This document shows, piece after piece, positions 12,566 through 26,708 of a stretch of DNA of 64,000 bases. The notes under the pieces were generated by a model. The model made no database searches and had not been told where the DNA came from. It was given only the letters and a program-made list of their open reading frames with translations. Each line of letters begins with the position of its first letter. The stretch's first letter is position 1. This stretch comes from Callorhinchus milii (Eukaryota): the NCBI RefSeq assembly GCF_018977255.1, contig NW_024704757.1:12648001-12712000 (forward strand), written 5' to 3'. The translations under genes were made by a program, and so were the position numbers.

Positions 12566-12668
12566 CTGGTTCCAGCAAGCATGACCACTTTGGCCAAAGT
12601 AATACCCTTTGGCACCAAGTCTTTAATCACTTCCTTGAGAATCAAGGACCCCATAAATGCATATTCAA
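12566..12668 (-). CDS. notum2: Notum2 exon 6 (nucleophile elbow GTSAG split across the intron)
   Basis: 103 nt, [35 protein letters not shown]|T. Confidence 0.92.
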
Positions 12669-12757
12669 CTGGAAAATAAGGAACTTGTATTAATGTACCA
12701 AAAGCAGATTATTTTTTCTCCATAAACAAAAAACAACAAAAATTCTCTACAATGTAC

Positions 12758-12816
12758 CTTGGCGAGACCGAGGTGCAGTCCCACTCCACACGTCACTTGA
12801 GCAGTAAGGTACAAAC
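12758..12816 (-). CDS. notum2: Notum2 exon 5
   Basis: 59 nt, FVPYCSSDVWSGTAPRSRQ. Confidence 0.92.
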
Positions 12817-13621
12817 CTAAGACATGGAACATAGCAATTAATAATCAGTTTGATTTTTTTTTAACCGTGTAACAAACTGCGGACCTTCAAATGCAATGAA
12901 ACATGTCGGAAGGGATGTGCGAGTCAATCCCGGAATCAAAAACTCATTGTGGGAAAGAGGGTCTGTCTTTGTGCCAGAAGGATGAATGAAACGAAAAGGT
13001 TTGTGTATGAGTTGAGGTAGGTTTGGAGCAGGCAAGAGTTTTGTGATCACAAAATGACTGACAGGAAAAGAAAGCATTGCTAGGTGGGATTGGCTGATAG
13101 TCTGCACGGCTTGCGGTCACTTAGAACACAATTACCAAAGGAATTCATTAATGGTAATCGAGTTCAGATCGATTCATCAAGTGCTATTGGTTGACCATCA
13201 CCCCAACCCAGTTCCTACTATTATGGTGAATTCCAGGTGCAAATAGTTTAGAAATAATAATCCCAAATAGTTGTGGGGGAGTGAGGAGTGTCGATCAGAG
13301 ACAAGGAGTGAAATTCTTCCCACTGACATGGAGAAGTGGGCGGAGGGGGGGAGGGGTGAAGAAGAATAATTTGTTAAGTACCAGGCCATTGGAAGAGACC
13401 GGTAGATTGTCTGCTCAGCCTCTCGGGCCTGAGAAATAGATGTCACGGGAAGATCAGGATAGGGAAAACAAAGAGAAACAAAACAACTGCCCTTTTTTAG
13501 ACCTGCTATTTTACTTACAAAATTGAGGAAGAATGTCCGGTCACTATTTACATTTTAGCTTCTACCCACCCAGTTTATCTTACTTGACCACACTCTGGAA
13601 GAAATGAAGAGAAGTGCTTAC

Positions 13622-13682
13622 ACAGTGTTGGCATTCCACCAGTGTGGGTTTTCCTCTGGCTGTGATGACAGAATTCCAGAAC
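13622..13682 (-). CDS. notum2: Notum2 exon 4
   Basis: 61 nt, GSGILSSQPEENPHWWNANTV. Confidence 0.92.
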
Positions 13683-13847
13683 CTGCCACAAGGAATAAGC
13701 AGCGTTGAGCCAAGGAAGTTCACAACTATTCCCAGAGACGATATTTGGTAACTGTGTGGATTACTCTTTACAAGATGTCAACATCAGTGGCTTCTCTTAG
13801 AACATCTCCCCATAACCCATCTCACCAAAGCCCCCACATCTAATTAC

Positions 13848-13943
13848 CTTTCTGGGCTTGCGGCCACTCAGAAGAACTCATGAGTCGTCGAATTGATCTG
13901 TATCTTGTGTCACAACTCTCTTTGTTGTAACAGCACCAGCCAC
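13848..13943 (-). CDS. notum2: Notum2 exon 3
   Basis: 96 nt, [29 protein letters not shown] (oxyanion GGW motif). Confidence 0.92.
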
Positions 13944-14106
13944 CTAAAGCAGCGAAACAAATTCAACCACAGATCAAATATATTCGTACCATCAAAAGTT
14001 TTTTTTTCTATTGCTAAGACGAACCTTATCTTATTATTTTTAGTGACATTCTTTCAAATTGGGCTTTCAACTCAAATTCTGCATGAATAGTAATCCTACA
14101 AGAGCA

Positions 14107-14280
14107 TAATAATAATAATAATAATCCTTGCATTTGATATAGCGCTTTTCACGTCTTTGAGATGTCTCAAAGCGCTTCACAGGATGTACTGTAAAGTGAA
14201 TTGACTGTGTATTTTGTGGGCGAACACGGTAGCCAATTGTGCACAAACAGTCATGGATAGAGTGATCAATTTTTTTTGAA
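14107..14280 (-). mobile_element. tRNA-SINE 3' fragment; one of >20 such tails (others at e.g. 3185-3460, 5758-5920, 6696-6775, 9010-9118, 14600-14705, 16035-16112, 17615-17712, 19390-19465, 22340-22432, 24780-24890, 31975-32095, 42280-42425, 47200-47380, 53277-53380, 60220-60362)
   Basis: (AAT)n-ccttgcatttgatatagcgcttttcacgtc..tctcaaagcgcttcacag..tactgtaaagtg. Confidence 0.85.
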
Positions 14281-14484
14281 GGAATTATTATGACCTCTGC
14301 CAATTCAGCTAATATTCTCCCTACGTTATTCTGTACTTGCTGACGCTTTTGGATTAGGATATTCAGGTCTATTTTCAATTTAGTATGTTTGATTTTGTGG
14401 GTGATTGACGAGGTATGTTGTAAATAACATTGACAGAATGCTCTTCCTGTGAAGAGACCTTGGACCTGTTAGTTTGGCACATAC

Positions 14485-14537
14485 CTTCTAAAAATATTAT
14501 CCACCGCTTGCTTCCTTTCGACTCCCTTAAATAGTAC
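14485..14537 (-). CDS. notum2: Notum2 exon 2
   Basis: 53 nt, YYLRESKGSKRWIIFLE. Confidence 0.92.
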
Positions 14538-14840
14538 CTGCAAACAGGCAACAGATGGAATGGACATGAACGTAAACTATATTAGAAACCAAACAATGAA
14601 TGATCCTTCAATTTGATACAGCGCCTTATCACGTCTTCGAAATGTCTCAAAGCGCATCACGGAATATACTGTAAAGTGAACTGACTGTACGCTTTGTTGG
14701 CAATACAGTTACTAGACTAGGAATTGCCGCTAACTTTGATCCGACCTCAGGAAATGTATGACTTTTTCACCTCATGTTATGGTCGAGACTTCACTCATTT
14801 TCCTTTAAATAAGTCAAAATAAAAGTACAGCATCTCCTAC

Positions 14841-15166
14841 CCAGCCGGAGTGCCATCATTGCATGTCACAGATGTGCTTCTCAGGAAGTTTAGTCTCATG
14901 TCATCAGTGGACGCCGATTTTGAGCATTGATAGAGGGTCTGAGCGAGAGTCTTGACGTGAGACACCAGATTGTCACCATTGCCTTCGGATGCAGTAGCAT
15001 TGACAGGAAGCGGCACTTGAGAGACTGGCTGCGCAGACTCCCCGCTCGGGTTTGAATTCCTCCTATTTGAGTTAGAATTCTTAGCAGCAGCTTTCAGGTT
15101 TGCCCTGTTCTGGGTGCAACCTCCTCCCAGCAAGGCAAAGAACATCACAGTGATGAAGAGGTTCAT
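14841..15166 (-). CDS. notum2: Notum2 first coding exon (signal peptide)
   Basis: GCCATGA start; MNLFITVMFFALLGGG hydrophobic signal; DMRLNFLRSTSVTCNDGTPAG; donor GG|GTAGGA. Acceptor TTTTTCAG at 15181 implies an upstream UTR exon. Confidence 0.88.
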
Positions 15167-15282
15167 GGCTGGGATAGGATCTGAAAAATAAAAAGCACAT
15201 ACAGCCATCAGTGAAACTGTTAGATCTGATGCTATATATACAATATATATATATAAAAAGAGAGATTTCAAACAACACCTAC

Positions 15283-15500
15283 CTTTGCAAAGGTGGTCAG
15301 TACTGGAAGCCAACCTGCGGCAAAGAAAGAAATATTGGTTCTGCTCACACTCGGATGTGAATTTGATTTTATATTGTCGGCATCTGGATCGAATTTCTCC
15401 TTCCTAAACATTCCTTTGAGCTGGCGCCAAGGAGCTGGGGTTCTGAGGCGGATTGGGGCAGGAGGAATAACACTCCTGTGGACGTAAAGTGTCAGTGGAG
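15283..15500 (-). other. notum2: Probable non-coding 5'UTR exon of notum2 (upstream end uncertain)
   Basis: Donor AAAG|GTAGGT at 15283/15282 pairs with the acceptor at 15181 (102-nt intron). Confidence 0.45.
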
Positions 15501-18500
15501 CTGCCTCAGAGCACTTTAATCAGGGCTGGTGATGACACCCACTCACCTCACCTTTGTCGAGATAATCAAGGCTTTGGTTCATTTGAATCTCATGGAGAAA
15601 TAATTTCTTTTAAAAACACAGAATCCTTAAAATAACAGAGCCAGTGAAAGTATCGCTCAACTTTTTTTTTTAAAAAAGTATATATTACTCTCCTTATTAA
15701 ATTCCTGAGACAACTTGCATTTTACTCATAACTGGATAGAAACTCTTTATAGAAAACTCATTGGCCAATTTAATGTCTACACAAGCTAATCCTTTCCAAA
15801 ACCTGAATTAATATTCAGGAACAGGGTCGTAAAGTAAGGCTTAAGATTCGCAATTTGTGGAAATGCAACGCGGTGAGATTCTATTGATAAAAAAATCAGC
15901 AAAACACCACTTAAACACCTATCTGGACAAAATTTAGAACATACAGACTAACACAACAGGGCAGTAAATGAAGGAATTCAGTGCTGCTTATCAGCAGACC
16001 AGTGACAAAATAAACAGATGCTATAATAAAAAAAAATAATTCTTGCATTTGATATAGATATAGACATGATTTATCATGTCGTTGAGACGTCTCAAAGCGC
16101 TTCATAGAATATATTTTATACCTTTTACCTTTGGATTCGGTGACTTCAGTTCGACTGCCTGGGGAGTCAGAAGGAACTAATAAATGTCAGTGGAAGACTT
16201 TCGGAAGAGAAAGACTATCCATTCAATCCTGCCCTGGATATCTTTCAGACAGCAGTAGGGTGACCCGCTGATCACTAAAGGAGACAATGAGTGCTATGCT
16301 CCAACCCAAATATTCATCGATGCTACTGGAACAGCCACATTCGTCAAGTGTGTTAATTGAGCCACTGCTAAGGTCTATCATTGGAACAAGCCCCGCGCTA
16401 ACATCAAAGACTGACAGGTTCTGTTAGTGCAGGAAAAGGGAGATCAGAAATGACATACCAGGACTTCAAGCAATCTTTCTGTGCTGATAGATTGTTTTTC
16501 TTTTCCTTTCTAATATGCAGCGCAATTACTCACTGATGATAAGCAGTCGCCAAATGACCTTGCAATGCACATAGTTTTAAAGTTATTAGACCTTCTTGTC
16601 AATCAGACAGTGTATTTAGGGTATCAGCTCCTCAGCTCCTCATCAGTGAAAGAAAGCTAAGAGACAGATACATTTCCAAACATGTAAAAAATGTGCTGTT
16701 TCGATCTGTGCTTCTCTTCGGAATGTTTTACTGCCCTGTTAAGAGCCTTCAAGGGAAAGCCAGGAATAGTTGACTCTGAAATAGGTTTTACTCCAAAATC
16801 ATTTGCATTTGAGGGCGATTGGATTTTGGTGACTGTCCCACTAATCACTTCATGTGGGTTCAGAAAGCTAACCTAAAATGGACAAGTAGCTAAGTCACTG
16901 GAGGAATAAAATGAAACCAACTGCTTAGTACAGAAGGATGCTTTAATCTCTAAAGCAATTAGACTGACTACTGGTAAGGTCCACCCTCATCTTCAAATGA
17001 CCTGATCAGTGACATGCAGAAATGTATTTAAACTTAATGTGATTCTTACTATTGGAGAAATGCAGTATTCTGCTCCGGTTCAGTAACTTTATAACTGGTC
17101 AAATTACTTGAGGTCTTTTTTTTGCCCTCTTTCTACGTCATCTATTTGGTATCACTTATGAATAGATCCTCCTTAATATAAAAAAAACGCTAGTTTTATT
17201 TCGTTTGAATTAAAATAGAAACAAGTGCTAAACCTGGGACGATAGCAATGTTCAGCACTGAGATCTGCAACACAGACACTGTACAAGGAGAAAGGATTAC
17301 TCTGGAAAAGAAAATATCAACACAGCACAGGAAATATCTTAAATGTTTCCCTTTTGCACAAAGCTGAATGTGATTGCAGAAGACTCAAATTCCTCTCGGT
17401 TTCAACCATAACAAGCAAACTAGCCATCAGAGGGCGCATTGAGACAGTGCAGAATTCATTGGTGAGATTGTACTTCGGATCGCGGTGCAAGTTTTATCCC
17501 ACAGAAACAAAGAGCAACTACATCTTCAGCAGAACAGTAACCCGGTAATGCCTCTGGTATTTGTCTGTGGAGCGTTTGACAAGTAAATGATCCAGCAAGA
17601 GTATACATCACAAGAGTACAGTCAATTCACTTTACAGTGTGTTCTGTGAAGCGCTTTGAGACATTTCAATGACATGCTAAGGCGCTAAATCAAATGCAAG
17701 GATTATTATTAAGAGAGGTTCAGATAAAGGTCCTTCAGCCCATTTGATCTCATCCTCCCATCACAGCATCAAACTGTGTTTTTTACATAAATGAGTCCAG
17801 TTTCCTAGCCTCAACCATCCTTCTTGGAACTCCCTTCCAGTCGATAATTACCCGCTGGGAAAATAAATAATTTCTGGCATTTGTCCTGAAATAGCCCTTT
17901 GCAACCCTGAACCTCGTTTCCTCTTGTCCAGCCGCATACAAAATTATTCTTTCTTAATCCTCATGTACAATCGTACCCTTGGAATCAGATCTCTTATTGC
18001 CAGGTAAATTACATCTGTAGAATTATTCAAGCTGTATATACCTTAGGTACTAACTCTGTTAAACTAGTGCTAATAACAGTGAATTTCTCCCCACTGTTAG
18101 AATTATGTCAATGGTTTATTCCCTCTGTTTTTTGCTAAAATAACAAATTACAAGGATTATTACTGCGGGGTATTAGAAACATGAGTTATACAAACTTCAT
18201 AACTTTTGTCCAAACTTTGCCTTAATTCAAATGCCTGAGCTCGACAAAGAAAAGATATGATCCAATATTGATCGTTTTCAGAGGCTTGATATGTCCTCCC
18301 GATGGGAAAAGTGCTACCTAAATGTAAAACGCTTCCTTTTAAAATACAAATGCGCAAAAGCCCCCCCCCCCCCCCCTCTCTCTCTCTCTCTCTCTGTCTG
18401 TCTGTTTTACCTGAGCGGGTGAAGAAATAGGATACGAGATGTGTCCTTTCTTTTGGTTTGAGAACTGGGAACCGATTGAGATGAGCTGGTTGTCTGTTAG

Positions 18501-20214
18501 CATGGCCCAAAAGTGTCTGCTTTGAGCTAACAACTGCTCCAAGATGACTGAATGGAACAAGTCACACTTTGATTCTAACGCACAGGCCCCAAAGCCATCA
18601 ATCTTCATTCTTGTCAAATGCCTGAAGCTACAGCATCAACCTATGGGGTGCCTGAAACTTCATCCCGACTGTTACTTTTCTGGGCTTTTCTGTGCCGCTG
18701 TGGAAAAGGGTCACTGGGTTACTTTTTAAAGATGCTGATTTATAAATAACCTGAATGGTCTTGTGTCACACACCACTGAAATCCTTTCCTTGAGAGCTCG
18801 TAGAATGTGTCCTGGTTAACTTGAGGCCATTTTAATGCTTTAAAAACGTATTATTTAAAAAAAAGAATAGCGTTGGACCTAGCTCACCTGCAAATTGCCG
18901 GTCAAATTGAAGGTACGTGCACTAGTTACAGAAGCCTGCCTGAGCATAAGCTGACACTGACCGCGGCTGAAAGCTAAACAATTTTTTTCCTGACTTTGCT
19001 TAGGATTTTCATTAAGGGTAAATTGTTGACATTTTGCACAACTCCAAAGATCACGAACCCTCTTGTTGGTCTGAATTCATCCCCTCTGCTCCACCATTGG
19101 CACCTGTGCTTTCAGCCAATATCCCCACCAAACCCTGGAACTTCTTGCCTCAAGCCATCTGCCTCACCCGACTTCAGATCGCACCTGATTACCTTCTTCT
19201 TCGACCTTACCTACAGTTACCTCCCGTTTCTCCTTGGCTCAGTGATCAACTGGCACTCGATGCTAATGGCAATGGCATTCCCTGGACACACACTTGACTT
19301 AGAAGATGATGATGCCCAGCAAAAGCTATAAGAATCAAGGATCTTTGGTTCCACTGGGAGTTCACTCACAAAGTACACCCAGTTGCAGTATAATCCTGTG
19401 AAGCGCTTTGAGACGTCTTGACGATGCAATAACACTATTTCAAATGCAAGGATTATTATTGTCATTATTCTACAATATATGTCTATTTTTAAAGGATCGG
19501 CAGCGTGCACAGAAAGCTATACTGTGTTTGTGGTTAAACTAATCAATCTGCTTTTATGGTCCTTACACAACCAATAAATCAGATTACTATTGTGCTTCAA
19601 ATGATGGGCAGATTTTAAACAGACTTGGTGTGTTCGTCTGCACGAGTGCATGGTTGTCTTTCAAGTCCTGCCAAACCTCAGCTTGATCTTCACAACTTCC
19701 AGTATTCAACTATAAAATTACCAACACGAACAGCACTGAATAGACACTATGGAGTTTGTACCCCTCGAAATACTTAACAATGTAATAAATTAAGTTTTCA
19801 CTTTTCTGTAGTGTGAATTCAGATAGCACGCAAACTTGCCAGTTGTCTTTCTGCAAAACCTCCTTGCAATGTGCTCCACAGATTCAAGTATCTAAGAAAT
19901 GAACGAATTGTTGTAAATTGTTTTTGGTACTTTTCAAATGGAGACACTGCCAATAATTCGCTAGATTTGTGGCCGGTGTAGAATGCAACAGGAATGCAAA
20001 AAAAACACACCATAAAAGTAAAGGGTTGCATGAAAAGGACAAATATGAAACCTCTTTCAGCATGTGAAAATTATCTCCTGAAATTTAAATTAGTAAAATA
20101 TAGCCTGAAATCCGGAACAAACTCCTAAATCAATATTCTGTATTCTGTGTCTCAATATAGTTTACTTATATATCGTTTGATAATCACGTATTATTAATTA
20201 AATAATAGAATTGT

Positions 20215-20460
20215 TTTTGACATAAGACTTATCGCATTGCGAAACAGCTTAAAACGCTTCACAGGATTTTACTGTATTGCGTTTCGCCCACAAAATACAG
20301 TCAGTCCACTTTACAGTATATCCTGTGAAGCACTTTGAAACATCTCAACGACGTGATAAGGCTCCGTCTCAATTGCAAGGTTTATTATTATTGTAAAGTG
20401 TAGTGACCGTGTATTTGCAGGCAAATGTGGCAGCAATTTGCACACAGCAATGGGCCATTC
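20215..20460. mobile_element. Minus-strand SINE tail interrupted by a plus-strand SINE tail (~20278-20392)
   Basis: gcttcacaggattttactgta | inserted copy ending ttattattatt | gtaaagtgtagtgac resumes. Confidence 0.75.
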
Positions 20461-23400
20461 ACAATCATGAAATTATATATAAAATAGGTTATCGTGCAAT
20501 TTAACAACCTGATGGACTTTTTGCTCAGTCAATAGATTTCATGTTTTCAATTTCAAAATAGTTTTGCAACATTTCAATAGATGTTTTAGCTTTGAAATGT
20601 GATAGCCTGTCAGGATAATGTCCCAGCAATTTGAAATCTATAGTGAGAAATGAAACAAGACCTTTTCTTAAGAAAAAATAATTACAGTGGATAACTCCAG
20701 TACAGAACTAATGTAGTTTGAACACGGCTACAATTGGCTGAATGGCCTCCTTTAAACTGACCTTTAATTGAGTCACTTAATCCCGAAGCCAATGTTGAGA
20801 TAAGTACACAGTATAACCCTGGGTTAAGAAATTACGATCAGTAAGTGTTTTCTTCATTGGTTTGTTCATTCTTATTGTTTGCTCATTACTGTAAGAAAGT
20901 TAGCAGCACAATTATTTTTTTTACTTGGTAAACAGAATATTTCATTGGTCCTGGAAATGACACAAACAACTTTACACAATATGAGCTGTTCCCATCCATC
21001 GAAAATAATAATGTCTTCCTTTTGCCATTCTTGGTTTTGTATGCTGACTTCGAAAAGAAAAGCTCACTTGGTGTAACCTTACTTTAGAAATAGCCAATGC
21101 TACAATAATACCTCCTTCGCTGTCTATTTAGGACAGAAGGTCGCCAGAGTCAAATGAGCTTACTGTGCTAATGAATCTCAGTTACTGATTCAAAGAATTA
21201 CGTGGGAAAATGTCAATATGTTCTATTCTTACAAAGTTGTTCTGAAACATTACAACCGATAGGGAACGATTTTTAAAATTCGGATTGATTAATAAGGATT
21301 AGAATTAATACTAATTCCATCACGATAACCGACTGAAATAAAGTTATCAGCACCTGAGTATTGTCGAAGCCCTAATGCTTGTGCTTTGCATTTTTCCAGC
21401 AAACCACAGGCATATAGCACCAATGCATTGCCATTAACTGAATAGACTCCCCTTCCAAATTGCTGCATTTAGTTTAATCTGCCTTTGATTTTTGATCCCC
21501 CAAATATTGTGTTAAAGCCTTAAACAAGATACAGTTAATTGTTTTATTTTGGTTATGTGGCCAGCAGACACAGCCACATACCGTGGTTAAGAAACTCTAA
21601 GCTCTTAGAGTCAAGTGGCTGTCTGATCAGCATACAAAACCAAATGCTTTGTCTCTGCATTATGAAAAGGAACATACTTTTACGCTGTCCCAAGGTAAAA
21701 CTCTAACCGCAAAAGACTGCTAGGCATTTGGAGGCAACGTAATTGCAGACACTGCTTTTCCAGAGGCAATAACCAGAAAGCGAAGTGACTGAACCCAACT
21801 GCAACTTCGGTCACATCAGTACAAACACCCAAAGTTCCCAAAGGCACTAATTCATCACTGAGCTGTTCACAGTTTTGACCTTGTCAGGTGCAGTCCAAAA
21901 ATGGTGTAACCCTCTCATAATAGTTTCTGAACATAGTCATTAGTTCATTAACTTTCAGAAAGGTAGAGCATTACAGTGGTCATGCAATAACGATAAATCA
22001 TCAATGTATAACAAACAAACAAGTAGGAAAAGGGGGTATTTTCCTTAAGAAATATAAGAACTGAATGAGATCACAGATCATTATTCCTCTGAGTAAGTAG
22101 GTACCATATGACAAACAAGTTATTAACTGAACCATTGTTTTATTAAGATCTTATCATTCTAACGTTGGTGTACAGCAAATTTACCATTTTTGTTACTTGG
22201 ATTCAAATGATGAAAGTGGCATTAAGTGAAGTGAAGACCAACTATATTTGCAAGCACCGTTGCTATTAAGACCACAGCAGTTTAAAGAAAACCTTATTTA
22301 TCTCTTCTCTCAGAGGATTTTCTCTTCAATGCTGATGAAATAATAATAATCCTTGCATTTGATATAGTGCCTTATCAGAGCGTCTCAAAGCGCTTCACTG
22401 AATATATTGCAAAGTGGATTGACTGTATACTTCGAAGGGATTATTACCCCTGGAACGCAATCCTAATTATTAATTAGAATCCTAATTAGTCCTCAAAACC
22501 CATCCCCCTAACACAGGCGATTACCCTTGTTGCTTTCCTCTACATTGTCTCTGGAGCCCAGTTCACACCCTTACGATTTGACACAATAGTCTTAACTACT
22601 TTTACCACAACTGGATGCCACAGTACACATTCACGGCTTCTACCCCTTTCCTGGATTTTAAGTTAAATGCAAATGCAAGTTAAATAACAAAAGCCAGCGG
22701 CTGGGAAAGCTGAAGCATTTGCTGGCATTTTGTAAGCTGAGCCTCATATCCAAGTTTTACCTTTGTATCAGCAGATGGTCTTCACATGCAACTGAAAGAT
22801 GATCCTGGAGGAATAATTTATGGTTTCTGACATGACAGACTATCGCTTACATTTTATGTATAGTTGCCATCACTTGTCAAGAATTTTTTTGCATTTGACT
22901 GAATGTAAGAGGTCATATAAAATTAAATAATTTCCAGAAATCTACTAATAAACCTGTAGAGCTCACATTTCATTTTAGCATTACAATGAGTTTCTTTTCC
23001 AGACGTATTGAGAATTTTTATGCAGTTTAATATTGAATCAAAGCATTGTATCCTTCTGCTGGGGTTTAGTTCTGTAGACGCTCTTTGTCCTTCAGTACCT
23101 GTGTCCAAGTGGCAATTCAAGATGTGCAAGTCTTATCAGTGAGTTTCTGTAAGCTATTCGACTGTGTCCTATATCTGATGAAGTACACACATACACATTC
23201 CCCTCTGGGATTCACTGGTAATGACTAACGGTTCGAAATCTTATCTGAAATCTTCTAATTGCAAATCGACAGACAAGATCAAATCAAAGATCTATACGGT
23301 TCAGTTACTCAGTGGACAAATGCACTCAGAAACTGGAGGAGTTGATGGTTGACAAATATTAAATGGATTTTAAGATCAGTACCACAGAATTCATAGTACC

Positions 23401-25199
23401 CTAAGTCTGGCTGAGTGACTTGTTTCGTAAAGTATCATTCGTAATCCACTCTCTCATGACATACATTGTAATTAGAACATTATATAAATGAATTGTTTAA
23501 CATACAATGCAATTGTAAAATATTTGGATTGAAATATAGTTTTAACTTTCATCAATTAAACTAGTTGTAACTTTAACTAATAAAAGCCTACTCCAAACTA
23601 TATTGGTTTGAAATTATTTTTTCTTGCTAAAGAGCAACATTTTGAAAGAAAAAAACGGAGGAAAATCATCACTAGTTGAACGATTTATTCACCAGTTATA
23701 TCGAACATTAGAATTATTTGTACGATCTAAGCTATAAAAGAGACAGATGCTTTACTTGCCAGATCAAGATGGGCCGGTGCAAACTGTCCAAGTGAATTAA
23801 AGATCTTGGCAGCCATGAGGAGATTAATGGTGCATACTTGTTTGAACCGGTCACGTATGAATTATTTGGTATGCAAGGCATTTTTGTACTTGAAAGCAGT
23901 GGATTCAATACTGTTGAATCACGCAACACTTTTAAATCATCACAAACTGTTAGAATAGCTCTCAGCGGTAAGTAATAACCAACTATTACATTAGTGATTG
24001 CAGGTCTCATTCTACATTCACATATAAAAATACGCATTACCTCAATTATTAAAAGCCCTATAGGGGACTATATATAAATGCAAATTGTTGTTATTGTTAA
24101 AAATCAATGTCAGTCTTTATATCTTAATAATATCAACTTTCATTTACATAATGCCTTTCGCGAAAAAAAGGAACTTAACAAAATGTAACTGATTTGAAAT
24201 TAAGTGATTTGTTTTGTAGGGAATTGCAGGGAATAATATTTCTATATTCAACTAATGTGTCAAACTAAGAAGTTCCTTCTTCATGTATTAACACACATGC
24301 TTGTATGTGCAACATAGGTAGATATGTTACTCCCCAAATTATGGGTTCAATACAGCAAACATAACTAAGTGCAAGGCTGTCCAAACACAAGTGGATATAA
24401 GTCCTATTCTGGCAAGAATTACCTTAGAGGTCTCATTTTATTTTGAGGGTGAGTTTCTGCACAATATTTTTCTCCTTTCCTATTGATTTCACCTCAAGCC
24501 CCACTCTTAATCAAGTCGCTGAGTATCTAACCTATTCCCAATCTCCCACCAGTCACTTTCCAATTTTTCCTTTCTCCACGTACAGATGACTCTATTTACA
24601 ATAAAATGTAATCTCGTTAATTCACCTGTTGAGATATATAATCCCATTTATATATAAACCCCCAGATACAACCAGAAACAAAATTACTAAACTAAAAAAA
24701 CAGCTTTTAGAAATATACGCATCTTGGTACTTTTATTGTACTAAGAATACAGTTCCAATTGTAGAGGTTCTAATCTATGAATAATAAAAGAACCTGCATT
24801 TGTTATAGCGCTTTATTACATCTGAAAAGTCTCAAAGAACTTTACTAGGATTCACTGTAAAGTGTGGTGACTGTATTTGTAGGTGAATGGTACTATAATT
24901 AGTTTGCAACTGGAAATGCTTGTAAATCTGAGAAACCTATTACAAAGAAGGCATGTAATTGTCATTATATAACACAATCTTAAATAGAGTAGTGTACATA
25001 ATTATAGTATATTGTTAGAACCAGAAATTGGAAACTCGGGTTACGTAGTAATGCTCCTGTTTCTAATTTTCACCAATCAATGTTATGAATAACATTATTC
25101 TCTCCCTAGATACATTTAATGTTTTACAAACAACTTAAGATATTATGTTTACTGATGAAATCAACTTCGGAACCTCAATAAAATCCCACTCGTGAACAT

Positions 25200-25555
25200 G
25201 GGAGTCCTGTAGTTCAGTGGTTAGAGCACTTGCCTCTCGAGCGAGAGACCTGGGCTCAATTTCCGGCAAGACTAAATGTTGGGCGAGTTTCCTTACTCCA
25301 CATACCTCTGTTCACCTAGCAGTGAGTAGGAACCCGGTTGTTAGTCGATTGGCGGATCACTTTTCCAAGGATAATAATCCCTCAAAAAAAAATAATTTGG
25401 TCACTCAATCCATAACTGCTTGTGAGACACTGCTGTGCGCAATTGACATTTTGCCCAAAAATATAGTCAATTCACTTTATAGTATATTCTGTGAAGCGCT
25501 TTGAGAAGTCTAGATGTGAAAAGAGCTATATCAAATGCAAGGATTATTATTATTA
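25200..25555 (+). mobile_element. Full-length tRNA-derived SINE (long subfamily)
   Basis: Head gggagtcctgtagttcagtggttagagcac (A box)..ggctcaatttcc (B box), central block, L2-like 3' hairpin, (ATT)n tail. Confidence 0.9.
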
Positions 25556-26708
25556 CTCTATTGGCAAACTGTCTGATTAAAACATAATAAATATTGTTCA
25601 GAGTTTAACTGCATTGGAATTTTTGATGGAACTCTGGTCAAAGCAAAACTCTACAGTACTTTATTCACCTGGATTTCTGATCCATAAAAATGCATGACTT
25701 TTTGCAATTCCAATGCCAGACATGCAATGCTTACAAATGTTCTCCAGTGCAAAGGAAAATCAAAGCCACTTGTACAACCATGTTTTGATTCATCCTATCC
25801 AAGTCATTGACAGCACAGGGCTGGAATGAAGCCAAGGTGTGATTTCATTTTTGGAACAAGGTTTACTCGATGAATAGCAGCAATGTTTTTGTTAAGAATG
25901 ATTGCTTACATGCCCTCCGCAAAATGTTTTGTGATTTATAGCAAGTTTGAACTTTCATTTGCAGTCAAATGCAATAAGATTACGAGTTGGCTTCTTCATT
26001 TGTTTTGATATAGAGAGGTGGAGAAATAACAAATGACACCAGATTGATATATCTTAAATGGACAAATTAGCGTTTGCCAAATATTACATAGACTGATCTA
26101 AAACCTAGAGTATTTTGTTTATCTTTTATCATGTAAACTATATCACTGCTTGCCATATACCAACAAATCGTTTACTTGTCAAGGGTGCTATGATGAGAAC
26201 ACAAATGATGTTACTCACAACATAATTCAAACATCTTCGCTGGGTGCTTGCAATAAGACATGTGAGCAACTTGGAATGCAAGATGTTACATGTTATTTAG
26301 TATCTATGATTAAAAATCCTCCACTTTAAAATACCTTAGTGAAAATTTTGCATCACAAAGATATGGGGAAAAAATCTTTCCTAAAAGTAGTAAATGATAA
26401 CACACTTTAGCCAAGAGTACTAAAGACAATGGCAGCATTTCAGCTGTTATCCTATCTTCACATTAACTTTTTGGAGTAGATAATGGTCTTTCAAAATATA
26501 CACTGTTCAATTCTCTCCTCAAGGCTTATTTATTTGTGGCATTCAGACCCCGACTGTCATGTTCCAGCATGGTGTAAAAAAATTATTTGAGAGCAAGAAA
26601 AGCACGCTGCTTTTTTGACAAAATATTTTTAATGATTCTTTTTACATATTCGACTCGACAGATTGCACGGTTTCAGAAAACCCATCAATTTTATGAAGAG
26701 ACAACGGT

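Noticed and set aside
16129-22791. Small AG..GT-bounded minus-strand segments (16129-16176, 22761-22791) as extra notum2 UTR exons
   Set aside because: Weak polypyrimidine tracts and no independent support.
14730-23290. Scattered TCF/LEF-like CTTTGAT motifs around notum2 (~14734, ~16403, ~21483, ~23283)
   Set aside because: Density is near chance for 7-mers in AT-rich DNA; no cluster.
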